Assembly: GCF_025612915.1 (NCBI RefSeq)
Contig: NC_069115.1
Location: 8,423,492-8,479,114 of the forward strand
Source of the DNA: Crassostrea angulata
Taxonomy: Eukaryota
Direction: 5' to 3'
DNA length: 55,623 nucleotides
Positions within the stretch are counted from its first letter, which is position 1; every line of letters starts with the position of its first letter. Below the pieces are notes generated by a model. That model was not told where the DNA came from. It saw nothing but the letters and a program-made list of their open reading frames with translations, and did not search any database. A program made the position numbers and the translations under genes. Shown in pieces: positions 11,940-22,697 of this stretch.

Positions 11940-12312
11940 GTGTGACCGGTCAGCAGAGGATGCTCACTCCTCCTAGGCACCTGATCCTACCTCTATCTAT
12001 TTGGAGGTCCGTGTTGCTCTGCTTTGAATTTGTATTTCGTTTTATGGATTTTCGAGATGGTTCACGGTTTGTTATTTTCATTTTTTCACGTACGAAGGTA
12101 GAAGTTTTACAAACTAAAGGAGTGTCATAGATACTATGACCAGGTGCAGGGACAACTGCACATTCTGAATAGATCGGCATGTGATTTTGTTGTTTGGACT
12201 ACAAAAGATATTGCCATTTTTTTAATCATTCGAGACAGTAACTGGACACCAAACATTTCAAAACTAATAGACTTCTATTTTCATAAAATTATCCCACATA
12301 TTCTTCAAGATT
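11940..12312 (+). pseudogene. YqaJ/lambda-exonuclease-like (PD-(D/E)XK) domain C-terminal fragment, frameshifted
   Basis: Frame-0 translation 12102-12312: KFYKLKECHRYYDQVQGQLHILNRSACDFVVWTTKDIAIFLIIRDSNWTPNISKLIDFYFHKIIPHIL. This matches the YqaJ C-terminal signature (YY.QvQgQl ... CDFVVWTp ... I.RD ... FY ... ilP). An upstream ORF in another frame ends ...FSRTKVEVLQTK, a possible E.K catalytic remnant. Confidence 0.4.
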
Positions 12313-12714
12313 GATGTTTTGCTTATCCATTTCAAAGATTAAAATGATGTTAGTCGTTCTCTACATGTAAAACAAGAAGGCTTTATGTGAATCTTATTAA
12401 ATCTCTTAACATATTTAAACATGTGTAAGTGCTCTCTACTTTTAAATAAGTAATAATATTCAAATTAGTACTCTTTTTTCTTTATTTGAAATTCCCAGTT
12501 TAGAATGCTGACAGACAGCATAAATAACACGAAAGAACAAATAATTGTAAATTATGGTCGATTACTGACATGCATACAATTGAAAGATCATAAAATAAAC
12601 AATTTCCATTAATTGCAGTAAATATTGAACATTTCAATTTAGCAAATTCCTCATATACATGTATACTGTAAATGTTTTACCGGTTAAATTTAGGGGACTT
12701 CCTGGTAAACATAT

Positions 12715-13650
12715 CTCTATGTGTGAGAATAGAGAAGAAGATTTTTAAACATTATATGCATTAACGCTATATTGCCCCCTCCCCTCATGTCCTGAACCCC
12801 TGACCCAGGGGCCATGATTTCACAATTTAGGTAAAGGAGATTGTGGATATCATAACCATGTATTCAGTTTTTTGCCCACATGTGTGGGAGTAGAGAAGGT
12901 TTAAAACATTTTTACTATATGGCCATATTGGCCCCACCCTAGAGCCTGAACACCTAACAAAGGGGTCATGAATTACACAATTGTGGTAGAGGGCCGTCAT
13001 GGACATCATAACCATGCATTTAGTTTTTAACAAATATATATGGGAGTAGAGAAGAGGATTTTCCAAGATTTAATACATTTTTACTATATGGCCATATTGG
13101 CCCCACCCTCGAGCCAGAATCCCTGACCAAGGGGTCATGAATTTCACAATTTAGGTTGAGGGCTTCATGGACATCATTATCATGCATTTAGTTTTAAACA
13201 AACATATATGATAGTAGAGAAGAAGATTTTCTAAGATTTAATACATTTTTACTATTTGGCCATATTGGCCCCACCCTAGAGCCTGAACCCCTGATCCAGG
13301 GGTCATGAATTTCACATTGTGGTAGAGGGCTTCATGGGCATCATAATCATGCATTTAGTTTTTAAAAATATATATATGGTAGTTGAGAAGAACATTTTCT
13401 AAGATTTAACAGATTTGTACTATATTGCCATATTGGCCCCACCCTCGAGCCAGAACCCCTGACCCAGGGGCCATAAATTTCACAATTTTGGTAGAGGGCT
13501 TCATGGACATCATCACCATGCAAACAATTTTTTTTCTCACATGCGTGGGAGTAGATAATAAGATTTTTAAAAATTTGGCTTTTCTGCATATTTGGCCCCG
13601 CCCGTGGCACCCCAGGGGTGGTAGAGCCATGAATTTCACAATTTAGATTC
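12715..13650. repeat. Satellite-like tandem array, about 165-170 bp monomer x about 6
   Basis: Direct periodicity of ggccccaccct...ggggtcatgaatttcacaatt at about 12780, 12935, 13100, 13270, 13437, 13590. ORFs 13362..13781, 13406..13639 and 13425..13646 are artefacts of this repeat. Confidence 0.75.
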
Positions 13651-13806
13651 TTCTTACCAAAGTGGTGCTTCACACCAAAATGGTAACGATTGGCCTGGTA
13701 GTTTTTAGGAAGAAGTTTAAAATGTAAAATTGTTAACGCACGGCGCACGACGACGGACGAAGACCAATTGCAATAGGTCACCCGAGTGACTCAGGTGACC
13801 TAAAAA
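12715..13806 (+). mobile_element. pearl/Helentron-like HINE-type element (5' truncated) carrying a satellite array
   Basis: About six tandem monomers of about 165-170 bp (12715-13650) with core ggccccaccct(a/c)gagcc.gaa(c)ccctgacc(a/c)(a)ggggtcatgaatttcacaattt. Then a GACG-type microsatellite (cgcacggcgcacgacgacggacgaagac), the subterminal palindrome ggtcacccgagtgactcaggtgacc and terminus ctaaaaaa (13806). This is the same build as the elements at 14914-16697 and others. Confidence 0.55.
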
Positions 13807-14227
13807 ATGATTTCTGAAATTTCACTCATGAGACTCAGTAATCTACTGAGTCTTGTCAGTAGAACTGAAATTATTTGCATAAGGATTTGATGTAATACTA
13901 TACTTAAAACCTATTATGTACATTACTGTGTTCTACCGAGTGACTTAAATTTAGCGAAATTCACTGCAATCTCGGCAATCATTGGATCTTTAAAATTTAC
14001 AAGAATGCAATAGACTTGAAATATTTTGGTGCTTAAGTGCCGTAATGTATGAGGAATGTGAGAAAAGATTTCAAAGTTTTTAATGCAATCATCATTGATG
14101 GTCTGAAAAACTTAGAAATGTACAACATGATCATTTAAATGCAGCAGATATTATTCATACAGTGTGCTTTGATTTCTATGTCATGTGGACAGGGAGGTAT
14201 TACAACGGATACATCTTCTAGTGACTC

Positions 14228-14400
14228 GTTTATGAACAAACCAGTATGAATAAAGATATACAAACATTTAGTGCTTTTAACTTTATAATTACATGATGAT
14301 AATAAAATATATATCAACAAACCAGTATGAATAAAGATATACACACATTTAGTGCTTTTAACTTTATAATTACATTATGATAATAAAATATATATCTTAA
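14228..14400. repeat. Tandem duplication, about 88-bp unit x2
   Basis: The unit acaaaccagtatgaataaagatatacaaacatttagtgcttttaactttataattacatgatgataataaaatatatat is repeated with a few differences. Confidence 0.6.
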
Positions 14401-14913
14401 GTTTAATTCATAATAGCATATAGATCCGGATCTTTAGTGTTAAGTAATAAGTACACTGATATGTAAGTGTTTCAGTGTGCTTGTGTTAATTTTCATTATT
14501 GTATGCTTTTATATCTCTTTGAACAGCTAATGACGTCTTGAAGACCACGGCCATGTCTGATATGATTCATTTCAATTTAATATTTCACTGTATTAGTCAT
14601 TTATCAACGGGAGTCCTGTTATCATTGTCCATTCATTATTATATACTTCATCATTTGTCTTTAGTACGTTATATAGTTTATATCTACTATGCCACGTTAC
14701 AAGAGATAGCTGTCAGCTCCAGATTATTCACCTCTACGCGAGGAGAGAGGAGTACATTACCTGAACTATGCGAGAAGATGCACCTTCTCAAGAAGACTGA
14801 TCGAGCCTACTCGCCTTGGTTACGATTATGGAACTCTTCACAGAGATATTTGTGATGTTATCCCTGAATAATACCGCTTTGCACAAGATGGATATGACGT
14901 ACGCTGAATTGAG

Positions 14914-14947
<34 letters not shown>

Positions 14948-16533
14948 GAACAATAGGTATAATAAAATCAGCTTAATAGAGTCATAATTAATACAAACTA
15001 TCTGGACAATGTACAATAATACATGTAGATCCTGTATAAATAAAATCCATTTTTCCCCTGGATATTCTTGTTTATAATCATTGGTCCCTTTTCTAACAGG
15101 ATGATTTTATAGTCATATCATATGTTGAGTATTGCAGTTTTCAAAAAGATCCTTAACAATAGTTTATATATGGGATATAAACCTACATCAAACTCTGAAC
15201 CTTCTTGTAAAGCCAAAGAATTGTCCTGGGGCCAAAGTCTTAACAATTATAAAGAATCATCTGGCTGATTAGTTTCAGAGAAGAAGATTTTTAAAGATTT
15301 ACTCTATATATTCCTATGTTTAATTTCAACCCCCCATTGTGGCCCCACCCTACCCCCGGGGGTCATGATTTTCACAACTTTGTCAATTGAATCTACACTA
15401 CCAGAGGATGCTTCCACACAAGTTTCAGCTTTCCTGGCTGATTAGTTTCTGAGAAGAAGATTTTTAAAGATTTACTCTATATATTCATGTGTTAAACTTC
15501 AACCCCCCATTGTGGCCCCATCCTACCCCCGGGGGACTTAATTTTCACAACTTTGTATCTACACTACCTGAAGATGCTTCCACACAAGTTTCAGATTTTT
15601 AAAGATTTACTCTATATAATCATATGTAAAAGTTTAACACCCCCCCCCCCCCCATTGTGGCCCCATCCTACCCCCGGGGGTCATGATTTTCACAACTTTG
15701 TATCTACACTACCTGAGGATGCTTCCACACAAGTTTCAGCTTTCCTGGCTGATTAGTGTCTGAGAAGAAGATTTTTAAAGATTTACCCTGTATATTCCTA
15801 TGTAAAAGTTCGACCCCCATTGTGGTCCCACCCTATCCCCGGGGGTCATGATTTTCACAACTTTGAATCTACACTACCTGAAAATGCTGCCACACAAGTT
15901 TCAGCTTTCCTGGCTGATTAATTTCTGAGTAGAAGGTTTTTAAAGATTTACTCTATATATTTCTATGTTAAACTTCAATCCCCCATTGTGGCCCCACCCT
16001 ACCTCTGGGGGTCATGATTTTCACAACTTTAAATTTACATGACCTGAGGATGCTGCCACACAAGTGTTAGCTTTCCTGGCTGATTAGTTTCAGAAAAGAA
16101 GATTTTTAAAGATTTACTCTATATATTCATGTGTTAAACTTCGAACCCCCATTGTGGCCCCACCCTACCACCGGGGGTCATGATTTTCACAACTTTGTAC
16201 CTACACTACCTGAGGATGCTTCCACAAAAGTTTCAGCTTTCCTGGCTGAATAGTGTTTGAGAAGATTTTTAAAGATGTACTCTATATATTCCTATGTTAA
16301 ACTTCGACCCCCATTGTGGCCCCACCCTACTCCCGGGGGTCATGATTTTCACAAATTTGAATCTGAATCTACACTACCTGAGGATGCTTTCACATAAGTT
16401 TCAGCTTTTCTGGTCTTATGGTTCATGAGATTTTCGAAAATTTCTCGAAATTTTTCATAAATTCCTAATTATCTCCCTTTGCAAAAGGGCGTGATCCTTA
16501 ATTTTCACAACTTTGAATCCCCTTAAGCTAAAA

Positions 16534-16566
<33 letters not shown>

Positions 16567-16697
16567 AGTGGTTCTTGAGAAGATGTTGAAAATGTGAAAA
16601 GTTTACAGACAAGACGGACAGACAGACAGACGGACGACAGACAAAAATGTGATCAGAATAGCTCACTTGAACTTTCAGCTCGGTGAGCTAAAAAAAT
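14914..16697 (+). mobile_element. Complete pearl/Helentron-like HINE-type element with internal satellite array
   Basis: 5' end acaagaggcccatgggccacatc|gctcacctgagg (14914-14948). A ~340-bp head is >90% identical to 28176-28510. Satellite array 15255-16415 (about 7 monomers). Then a (GACA)n-like microsatellite gacaagacggacagacagacagacggacgacagac (16600-16644), the hairpin gctcacttgaactttcagctcggtgagc (16661-16688) whose 3' arm is the inverse of the 5' motif gctcacctgag, and terminus ctaaaaaaa. Confidence 0.7.
15255..16415. repeat. Satellite-like tandem array, about 165-bp monomer x about 7
   Basis: Monomer core ...cacaagtttcagctttcctggctgattagtttctgagaagaagatttttaaagatttactctatatattcctatgttaaacttcgacccccattgtggccccaccctacccccgggggtcatgattttcacaactttgaatctacactacctgaggatgcttcca... 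One monomer contains a C13 run (about 15640). ORF 15553..15756 is an artefact. Confidence 0.8.
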
Positions 16698-16815
16698 GGA
16701 ATGAAGCGCATGATATGCACTGAAAGTTGAGGACAATCTTCCATCACTTATCCGAAGCTCCAATCCAAGAAGAATAGCATCTACTGCTACAGCTGCTTCA
16801 TCGTCACCATCCGGC

Positions 16816-17360
16816 ATGTGTGTTGACATTCGTCTTCGAAACAATCCCAACTTGGATCTTGTGCGTGAAAACGCAGTAGAGTGTCTGCCTTTTTACAGCG
16901 AGGAATCTGTGATGGAGATTGCTCACATTGACTGTCCCCTCTCCATTGATCAGGAAGTAGCGGGGTCAGCCGTAACTCGTGTACCGATGGAGCCTGTGCC
17001 TTTAGTGAAGGAGGTTCTTACGGAGGAGGACGAGTGTGTTGGGAACAAGGAGTCTTCACCCGCAGTTGTATCAAAAAAGCGAAGATTACCCTTGCGACAT
17101 GTCCAGCAAAATGACTATTCCGAGACGGCTGACAAACGTGCTCGTTTATCCCGGAAATTCAGGTGATAGTTGTAAGGCCACGTTTGAACTTTCAGTGGTG
17201 CCCATTTCCTGGCTGCAATGTTAAGAACAGAAAGATCAAGCGTCATGTTCAACAGTCCCACCTTCCTCGGATATTTAGTGACGTGAGACCGATTCGCTCT
17301 ATGGAAGAGTTTAAGCTATGCAAACTAAAGCTCACAGCGCTAGAGTCTTTCTTTGGTTAG
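16816..17360 (+). other. Frameshifted ORF pair with a possible C2H2/BED-like zinc-finger motif; origin unclear
   Basis: ORFs 16816..17166 and 17163..17360 are contiguous with a +2 frame change. The second contains WCPFPGCNVKNRKIKRHVQQSH (C-x4-C-x9-H-x4-H). The first has an acidic patch followed by a KKRR basic stretch. No family assignment is possible from sequence alone. Confidence 0.25.
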
Positions 17361-19099
17361 GATTGTTCTCAGACACATTAGATTCTTCAGAAAACTACTC
17401 TTCATCCTGACTCAGTCGCGTGCTTTAAGAGATTATGTGACCATCAGAACTGGGAAGAACCTTCAGAAGTTTTTACTTTGGCTCCAGTCAACTCAACAGC
17501 TCTATTAACCCACTGGAGATGTTTAGTAGTACTAATTTCAGCTTTGCAGCCTGAATAGTTTGGCATGCATGGGCGTGTTACAGGTGACAGTCTTTCGGTT
17601 TCTGATGTGAAAGTTGCATGGATACAGGTGTCAACCGTGGATTCAGCACAGAAGCTTTCTATCAAACCAGAAAGAGAAGCGTTAACTCCAGTTAATTAAC
17701 ATTCCATATACGAAAAATACTGCATATTTCTGGGCAAAAAAAAGAACCCGAAAAAAAAATCCATGACGAAATAAAAGGAATTGAAGATCGTACAGAGAGA
17801 GAGAAAAAGAATCAAATGAAATCTCGAAGTATTCAGACTGTTTCAAAGAAAGAATACATTTAATGCGATGTTTTAGTGTACTTGATGTTAACTTACATGT
17901 ACGATGACCACGTGCACCTGACTTATAACTACTTTTTAAGGATATGTGAGCCTGACAAAACAAATCCACTGCGCAACTCGACCTGCCGAAAATAGGTCGT
18001 GGAAGTCGCGCTGTATAAATCAAAATATTTTATCAATATCAATAAACATACAATTGACTAAGATGTGTAATAATGAAGTCCAATTTTTAATTAATCGAAT
18101 TATTAATTCTATAAATCTTATAAATATCAAATATTATCATGAACGACATAGCCTTTCCGAATTACGATAATGTTTTGACAGAACACTAAGTTGAAAGCAG
18201 ATGATGAAGAAATATCGCAAGTTGGCATAAGGTAGGCAGGAAATGCAACCAGATACTCTAAAGTAACAGATGCACAATATCAGCGTTGGACCAGACCGAG
18301 TAGACCCCCTGATCACGATTACTTCTGCAATGAGCATGGTAGGTATAATTATTATTTGACATCCACCTTCCTTCGGAACCCAGAGACGTGTATTTATACT
18401 GTATGTGTACATGGCCATCTATGAAAACACGAAGTACAACAAATATTAAAACTTGTATATATTCTGATATTCATTTAACCATGCCATCAGTAAGCATTAA
18501 TAGTCTTTCAAATCTTTCACAATGTAGCTGCTAAATTGCAGTTCTACGGAATAATCGGACTGACGTATCGTGCCCAAATTTATTTATAATGGTCCTTAAA
18601 TTAAATTTTCTTTGCCATTGATCTGGGGACATAGTAGAGGACGCCTTCTCTATCACCATCGAGAACTTCAACCTGCCCAATCAAAGAGCTGCTAATCGTA
18701 ATAGACAGAAGCTAAGGCCTGCCAAGCCCAAGGACCTAATTAACCTTTGAAGTATGAGTACATTCATTAGAAAACAATGAGAGTGTTGACTTAAATGCAT
18801 CAGTATTTAATTATAGACAATTTGACGACATATTGGATTTTCATTTATATATCTACAAGTTTAAAGAACTTATTTACTATTGTATTTTCAGATTGACCAA
18901 CAGTTCCCTGGATGTGACGATTTCACAAAGGGTGACGTACAGGTAGACAACAACACCCTCCTTGCAACCCCCCCCCCCCCTCAATTAGAAGGAACTTCTA
19001 AAGACAGTGAAGAACTGTGTTCACATTTAAGATAATCCGTCAACCATCTGAACAGCTGCTTTCCATATATGGTATCAACCAGAAGGACGACTGCATGAA

Positions 19100-19830
19100 G
19101 TAAGTCCCTCTTTTGTTAGTCCTAATATATTTTTCCGCCACATGGATTGCTGTAAAGGAGGTGTTTTCAGACGCTCGGGTGCAAGGCAGCTCTTTCACAG
19201 GGGACAGGCGGTGATGAGGAAGTGTTGCGGACCTTGGACTAAAGACTGCATACGAGGAGTGACAGGAAGTTGATCGCCTCATCAGGAAACTGCTTGCCCT
19301 GCCATATCTACCACCAGGCCAGATTCGGGGAGACTTTGTCAACTTGCTACAGTTCGCCAACAAACACCTTTGAGGCAACTGTTGCAGTATGTGGAAGAAA
19401 CCTGGATCAACAGCGATGTACGTGGAATCTGCGAGGGGTCCGTGTTTCGACTGGCGGTTAGGACTGACAACGATGTTGAAGGTACATATATTCAGTATGA
19501 CCAATTTTTATGCAATTTTATAAATGTTTAACAAATTTTTCAATAATTAAAAAAAGAGGTTTGTGTACTATACCGGTATTTATTAAATCATGCTTTTTAG
19601 CATGTTGAAAATTTATTTATCATTTCAAAATTATGGATTTTTAAGGCTGACATCGTTGGCTGATTGGAAAGGCTGGGTAGCCCAAACTACAGTTCTACGC
19701 CCTGGTTCCCCTGCTGATGAAGGAAGCCAGCCAGTTAAGTGTCACTGCGCGGCTCGTGAACAACAGCTGACGCAATACCAGAAGTTGACGTATTGTCGGA
19801 TCCACGAGACACTCCATGAGTTCTAGTCGG
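19100..19830 (+). pseudogene. Mutator-like (MULE/IS256-superfamily) transposase C-terminal remnant with a possible SWIM-like zinc finger
   Basis: Three frames give VKEVFSDARVQGSSFHRGQAVMRKC (compare IS256/MULE avfP.a.iQrC..H..RN), then about 100 aa later YVEETWINSDVRGICEGSVFRLAVRTDNDVEG (compare YTTNaIEs.N), then LTSLADWKGWV ... CHCAAREQQLTQYQKLTYCRIHETLH (CxC-x15-CxxH, SWIM-like). Frameshifts and stops separate the pieces. The antisense ORF 19040..19504 is probably spurious. Confidence 0.4.
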
Positions 19831-21150
19831 AATACGAGGATAGGACAATCGCCATATTTCTGTTTCTCAGAAAAGTAGGACAAGTGTTCGCGCTAGGTGT
19901 CCCAAGACCAGACGAGTGATTGTGCATTACGCGTTCAATAAGATTCCGGAACTAGTGATTGTGTAAATTAGTGTTAGTAATATTTCTGGATTGCACTGAT
20001 GGGAGGACTGTAAATAATGTATTATTTTGATTTTCTTAAAGGATGAGATCTCATCCCATATATAATACCCATAGTGGTCCTTTAAGTAAAATTTGGGGTT
20101 GTTTTGCATGTGAATTGATATTTGTGTTATTAATTAAAGGATGAAGAATGTCAGACATCATTCAAGATACCCATTGCAGACTTGGACATCATTTTTCCGA
20201 TCACCTTCCACTAAAGAATGGATAGCTGATAGCACTACAGAGGGAGATGATACATCGGACAATGAAATTGTTGCTGTTCTTTAGTTTTTAAGGCTTGACT
20301 GTTGTAGTTGTTTAGTGCTTGTTCAATATTATGCCTTATGCTGTGTTCTCAATCCGCTAATGACACGTATTTAAATAAAAAGTTTATAAATGACATTATT
20401 TTCATTTTATTGTGTACATGGGTTGAGAGAGTTACATATCCAGTTAGTAGAAAGAAATATTGAGTTAAATCAGATTCACAATTTCTAACAGCACTGACAC
20501 CATGGTCAAAGTATATTATATAAATAACATGAAAATACTTGATTTTATTCATACAGATATTAAGAGCTCAAAACCATTTGATTTAAATTTTATTTATGAT
20601 TATTTGTTAACTTAGTAAAATCTAGGATTCTGTTAAAAAATGCCAAACTTTTTTTCCTTTTTCTATGTTATCTACAACATTAGAAATCGAATCTCTTGTT
20701 GTCACAGTAAAATCAACAGGGTTATACATCCAAATGAGCTTTATGTCACCAAATTTTTCTCACGAGGATTATATAACTCAAGAAATTCATTCATGTTGGG
20801 TTTTGTGCGAGTTTTCAAAGCCAGAAGTCCCAGAGGGGAAACCTCTACTTCAGGTGCTACCTTTACAAATAGCAGACTGTCAGTTAAAAGGAATTATATA
20901 TAAATATATTTTAGTTTTACTGTTTATATGTGACTTATTGATAAAAGTTTAACTCAATCTGAAATAAAGATTGTTTATCAGGTGTTCCATTTAGACAGTG
21001 CATTAAATGATTATGAAGCAAAATGACAATATAAATGTTCAAAGAGAAAAAACTGAAATAAATCTGCCAATATATCCAAAATATCTACTAGTAAAATGAA
21101 TATGGTCTTCGCCATGATAGCATTTTTCAAGTTATTTAAATATTACTTTT

Positions 21151-21316
21151 TAGGTTAGTTACTGACTCACTACAGCTCGGCGTTTTTCTCATGAGGATCG
21201 TGCAACTCAAGAAATTCCTTCACGTTGGGTTTAGTGCGAGTTTTCGAATCTTCGCCTCGTCATCTATGAGATTGATCAACCCAAAATATTTTCGTAGTGA
21301 GTCAGTAACTAACCTA
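21151..21316. mobile_element. Small TA-flanked foldback/MITE (Stowaway-like), about 162 bp
   Basis: 23-bp perfect TIR taggttagttactgactcactac (21151-21173) against gtagtgagtcagtaactaaccta (21294-21316). TA lies immediately outside both ends if the TIR is taken as ggttag.... An internal about 75-bp segment is also found at 20745-20825. Confidence 0.4.
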
Positions 21317-22087
21317 GCTAACCTCGTCAAATTTAACTCATTTAAACTCTTCAAAATTTTCAAACTCACCTTTCAAATACTCTTTTAAAATCTTTGCTTC
21401 ACCCCTGTTCACTTACAATATTTTTTTGCTATTCAATTTTAAATGTTTTCTCCCTTTCCTCTGCAGATTCGAGCAAATTTCGACGCTGCCATTTTGGTCT
21501 GGCCCAGACAAAACAATGTGACGTCAAAATTGTACGGGCAACTATTCTAATTTCAAAGAACTTCAAAAAGCAACTAGTCTAAATACTTTCAGAACTAGCG
21601 GCATGCTGTTTATTTATTAAATACTATGAAATGTCGAAATGAGTAAGCGAAGCGTCGGCCAATGACGGCCATATTGCCTAATATTATTTCTTACCGAATA
21701 AATATAGAGATATATGAGGCAATCATGTGCTATGTTTAAACCAATAAAAGTGTGACATTTCAGTCCAAGGGAAAACAATAATTCTTAGGAGCTCCTGCAT
21801 ATATACCTGCTCTTGTGGCTGCTTTACTAAGATGGATCACTCTAACATCAAGATTGGATTTCAAAGGAGGCAGAGCCTTTGATTGAATGGCAAACCATCT
21901 CACCGACAAAAATAAGAAAATATTGGTATGAAGGACTGTGAAACTGCTAGAATCGGTCAGTCTCTGATAGGGAATGTTTAATTATATTTTTTTTAAGAAC
22001 AATTAGATATTAGGATTACCTCCTTTACTTCTAGAATGTTAGCCAAATCTGTGTTGATAATATTTGCAACTGCTTTAATTTCTCTCC

Positions 22088-22697
22088 TTTTCACATTTTA
22101 ATGGCATTCATAATAGCTAACTGCAATTTGTGCGCAATGCATCTTACAGGAATAAGATGGGGATACTATCTAAGTAGTTGACCAGATATACCGCTGTTTT
22201 CCCCAGCATTACAGCAGCACCGTCAAAATTGCAGCAAACAATAGAGGGACCTGGTTAATCCGATTTGAGAGATTCTCTGGTACATTGTAAACCAAACAGT
22301 AGCAAGAGCATGTATCAAAAATTCCCTTCAAGACATCATGAGCAGGAGAGTGCTTTACTCTTTCATACTGGCTAATATTGTTATTGTGTGCCAGTTGGTT
22401 GTTAATACCGTACACACATTTTTCTTGCTCTTTGGTGCTAGTATCAGTGGATTCATCCGCAAAAATACTGTTAATAGACTTGGTAATAAGTCGTTAATGA
22501 GTTCTTTCTTAAAAGATCCATAAATACTTTTTATAAAGTTAACACACTAAAAACATAATTTCCCTCTCAATCAACACAAAGCTTATAATCTTACAGTCGA
22601 GTATAAAGTCTGTGAATGGCTTACCATGTTTGGCTATTTTATAATTTTTAAGCAATGGTAAATACGTTTTTCAGTTACTCTTACTGCTTCTCAGTTA
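22088..22697. repeat. Dispersed repeat R (about 610 bp), copy 1; unclassified interspersed element
   Basis: About 90% identical to 35517-35782 plus 36451-36785. Shares the small conserved ORF MSRRVLYSFILANIVIVCQLVVNTVHTFFLLFGASISGFIRKNTVNRLGNKSLMSSFLKDP. No TIRs or poly-A seen. Confidence 0.55.

Noticed and set aside
13362-13781. ORFs 13362..13781 (-), 13406..13639 (-), 13425..13646 (+), 15553..15756, 50512..50730, 51381..51853, 40397..40925
   Set aside because: All lie inside tandem arrays; their open frames come from repeat periodicity and low stop-codon content, with proline/glycine-rich translation of the GC-rich core. No domain signatures.
17163-17195. A 33-nt GT...AG 'intron' joining ORFs 16816..17166 and 17163..17360
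   Set aside because: Too short for a credible spliceosomal intron; it is treated as a frameshift in a decayed sequence.
19040-19504. 154-aa minus-strand ORF
   Set aside because: It is antisense to the collinear MULE-like motifs on the plus strand, has no recognisable motifs itself and is serine/arginine-rich. It is most likely fortuitous.
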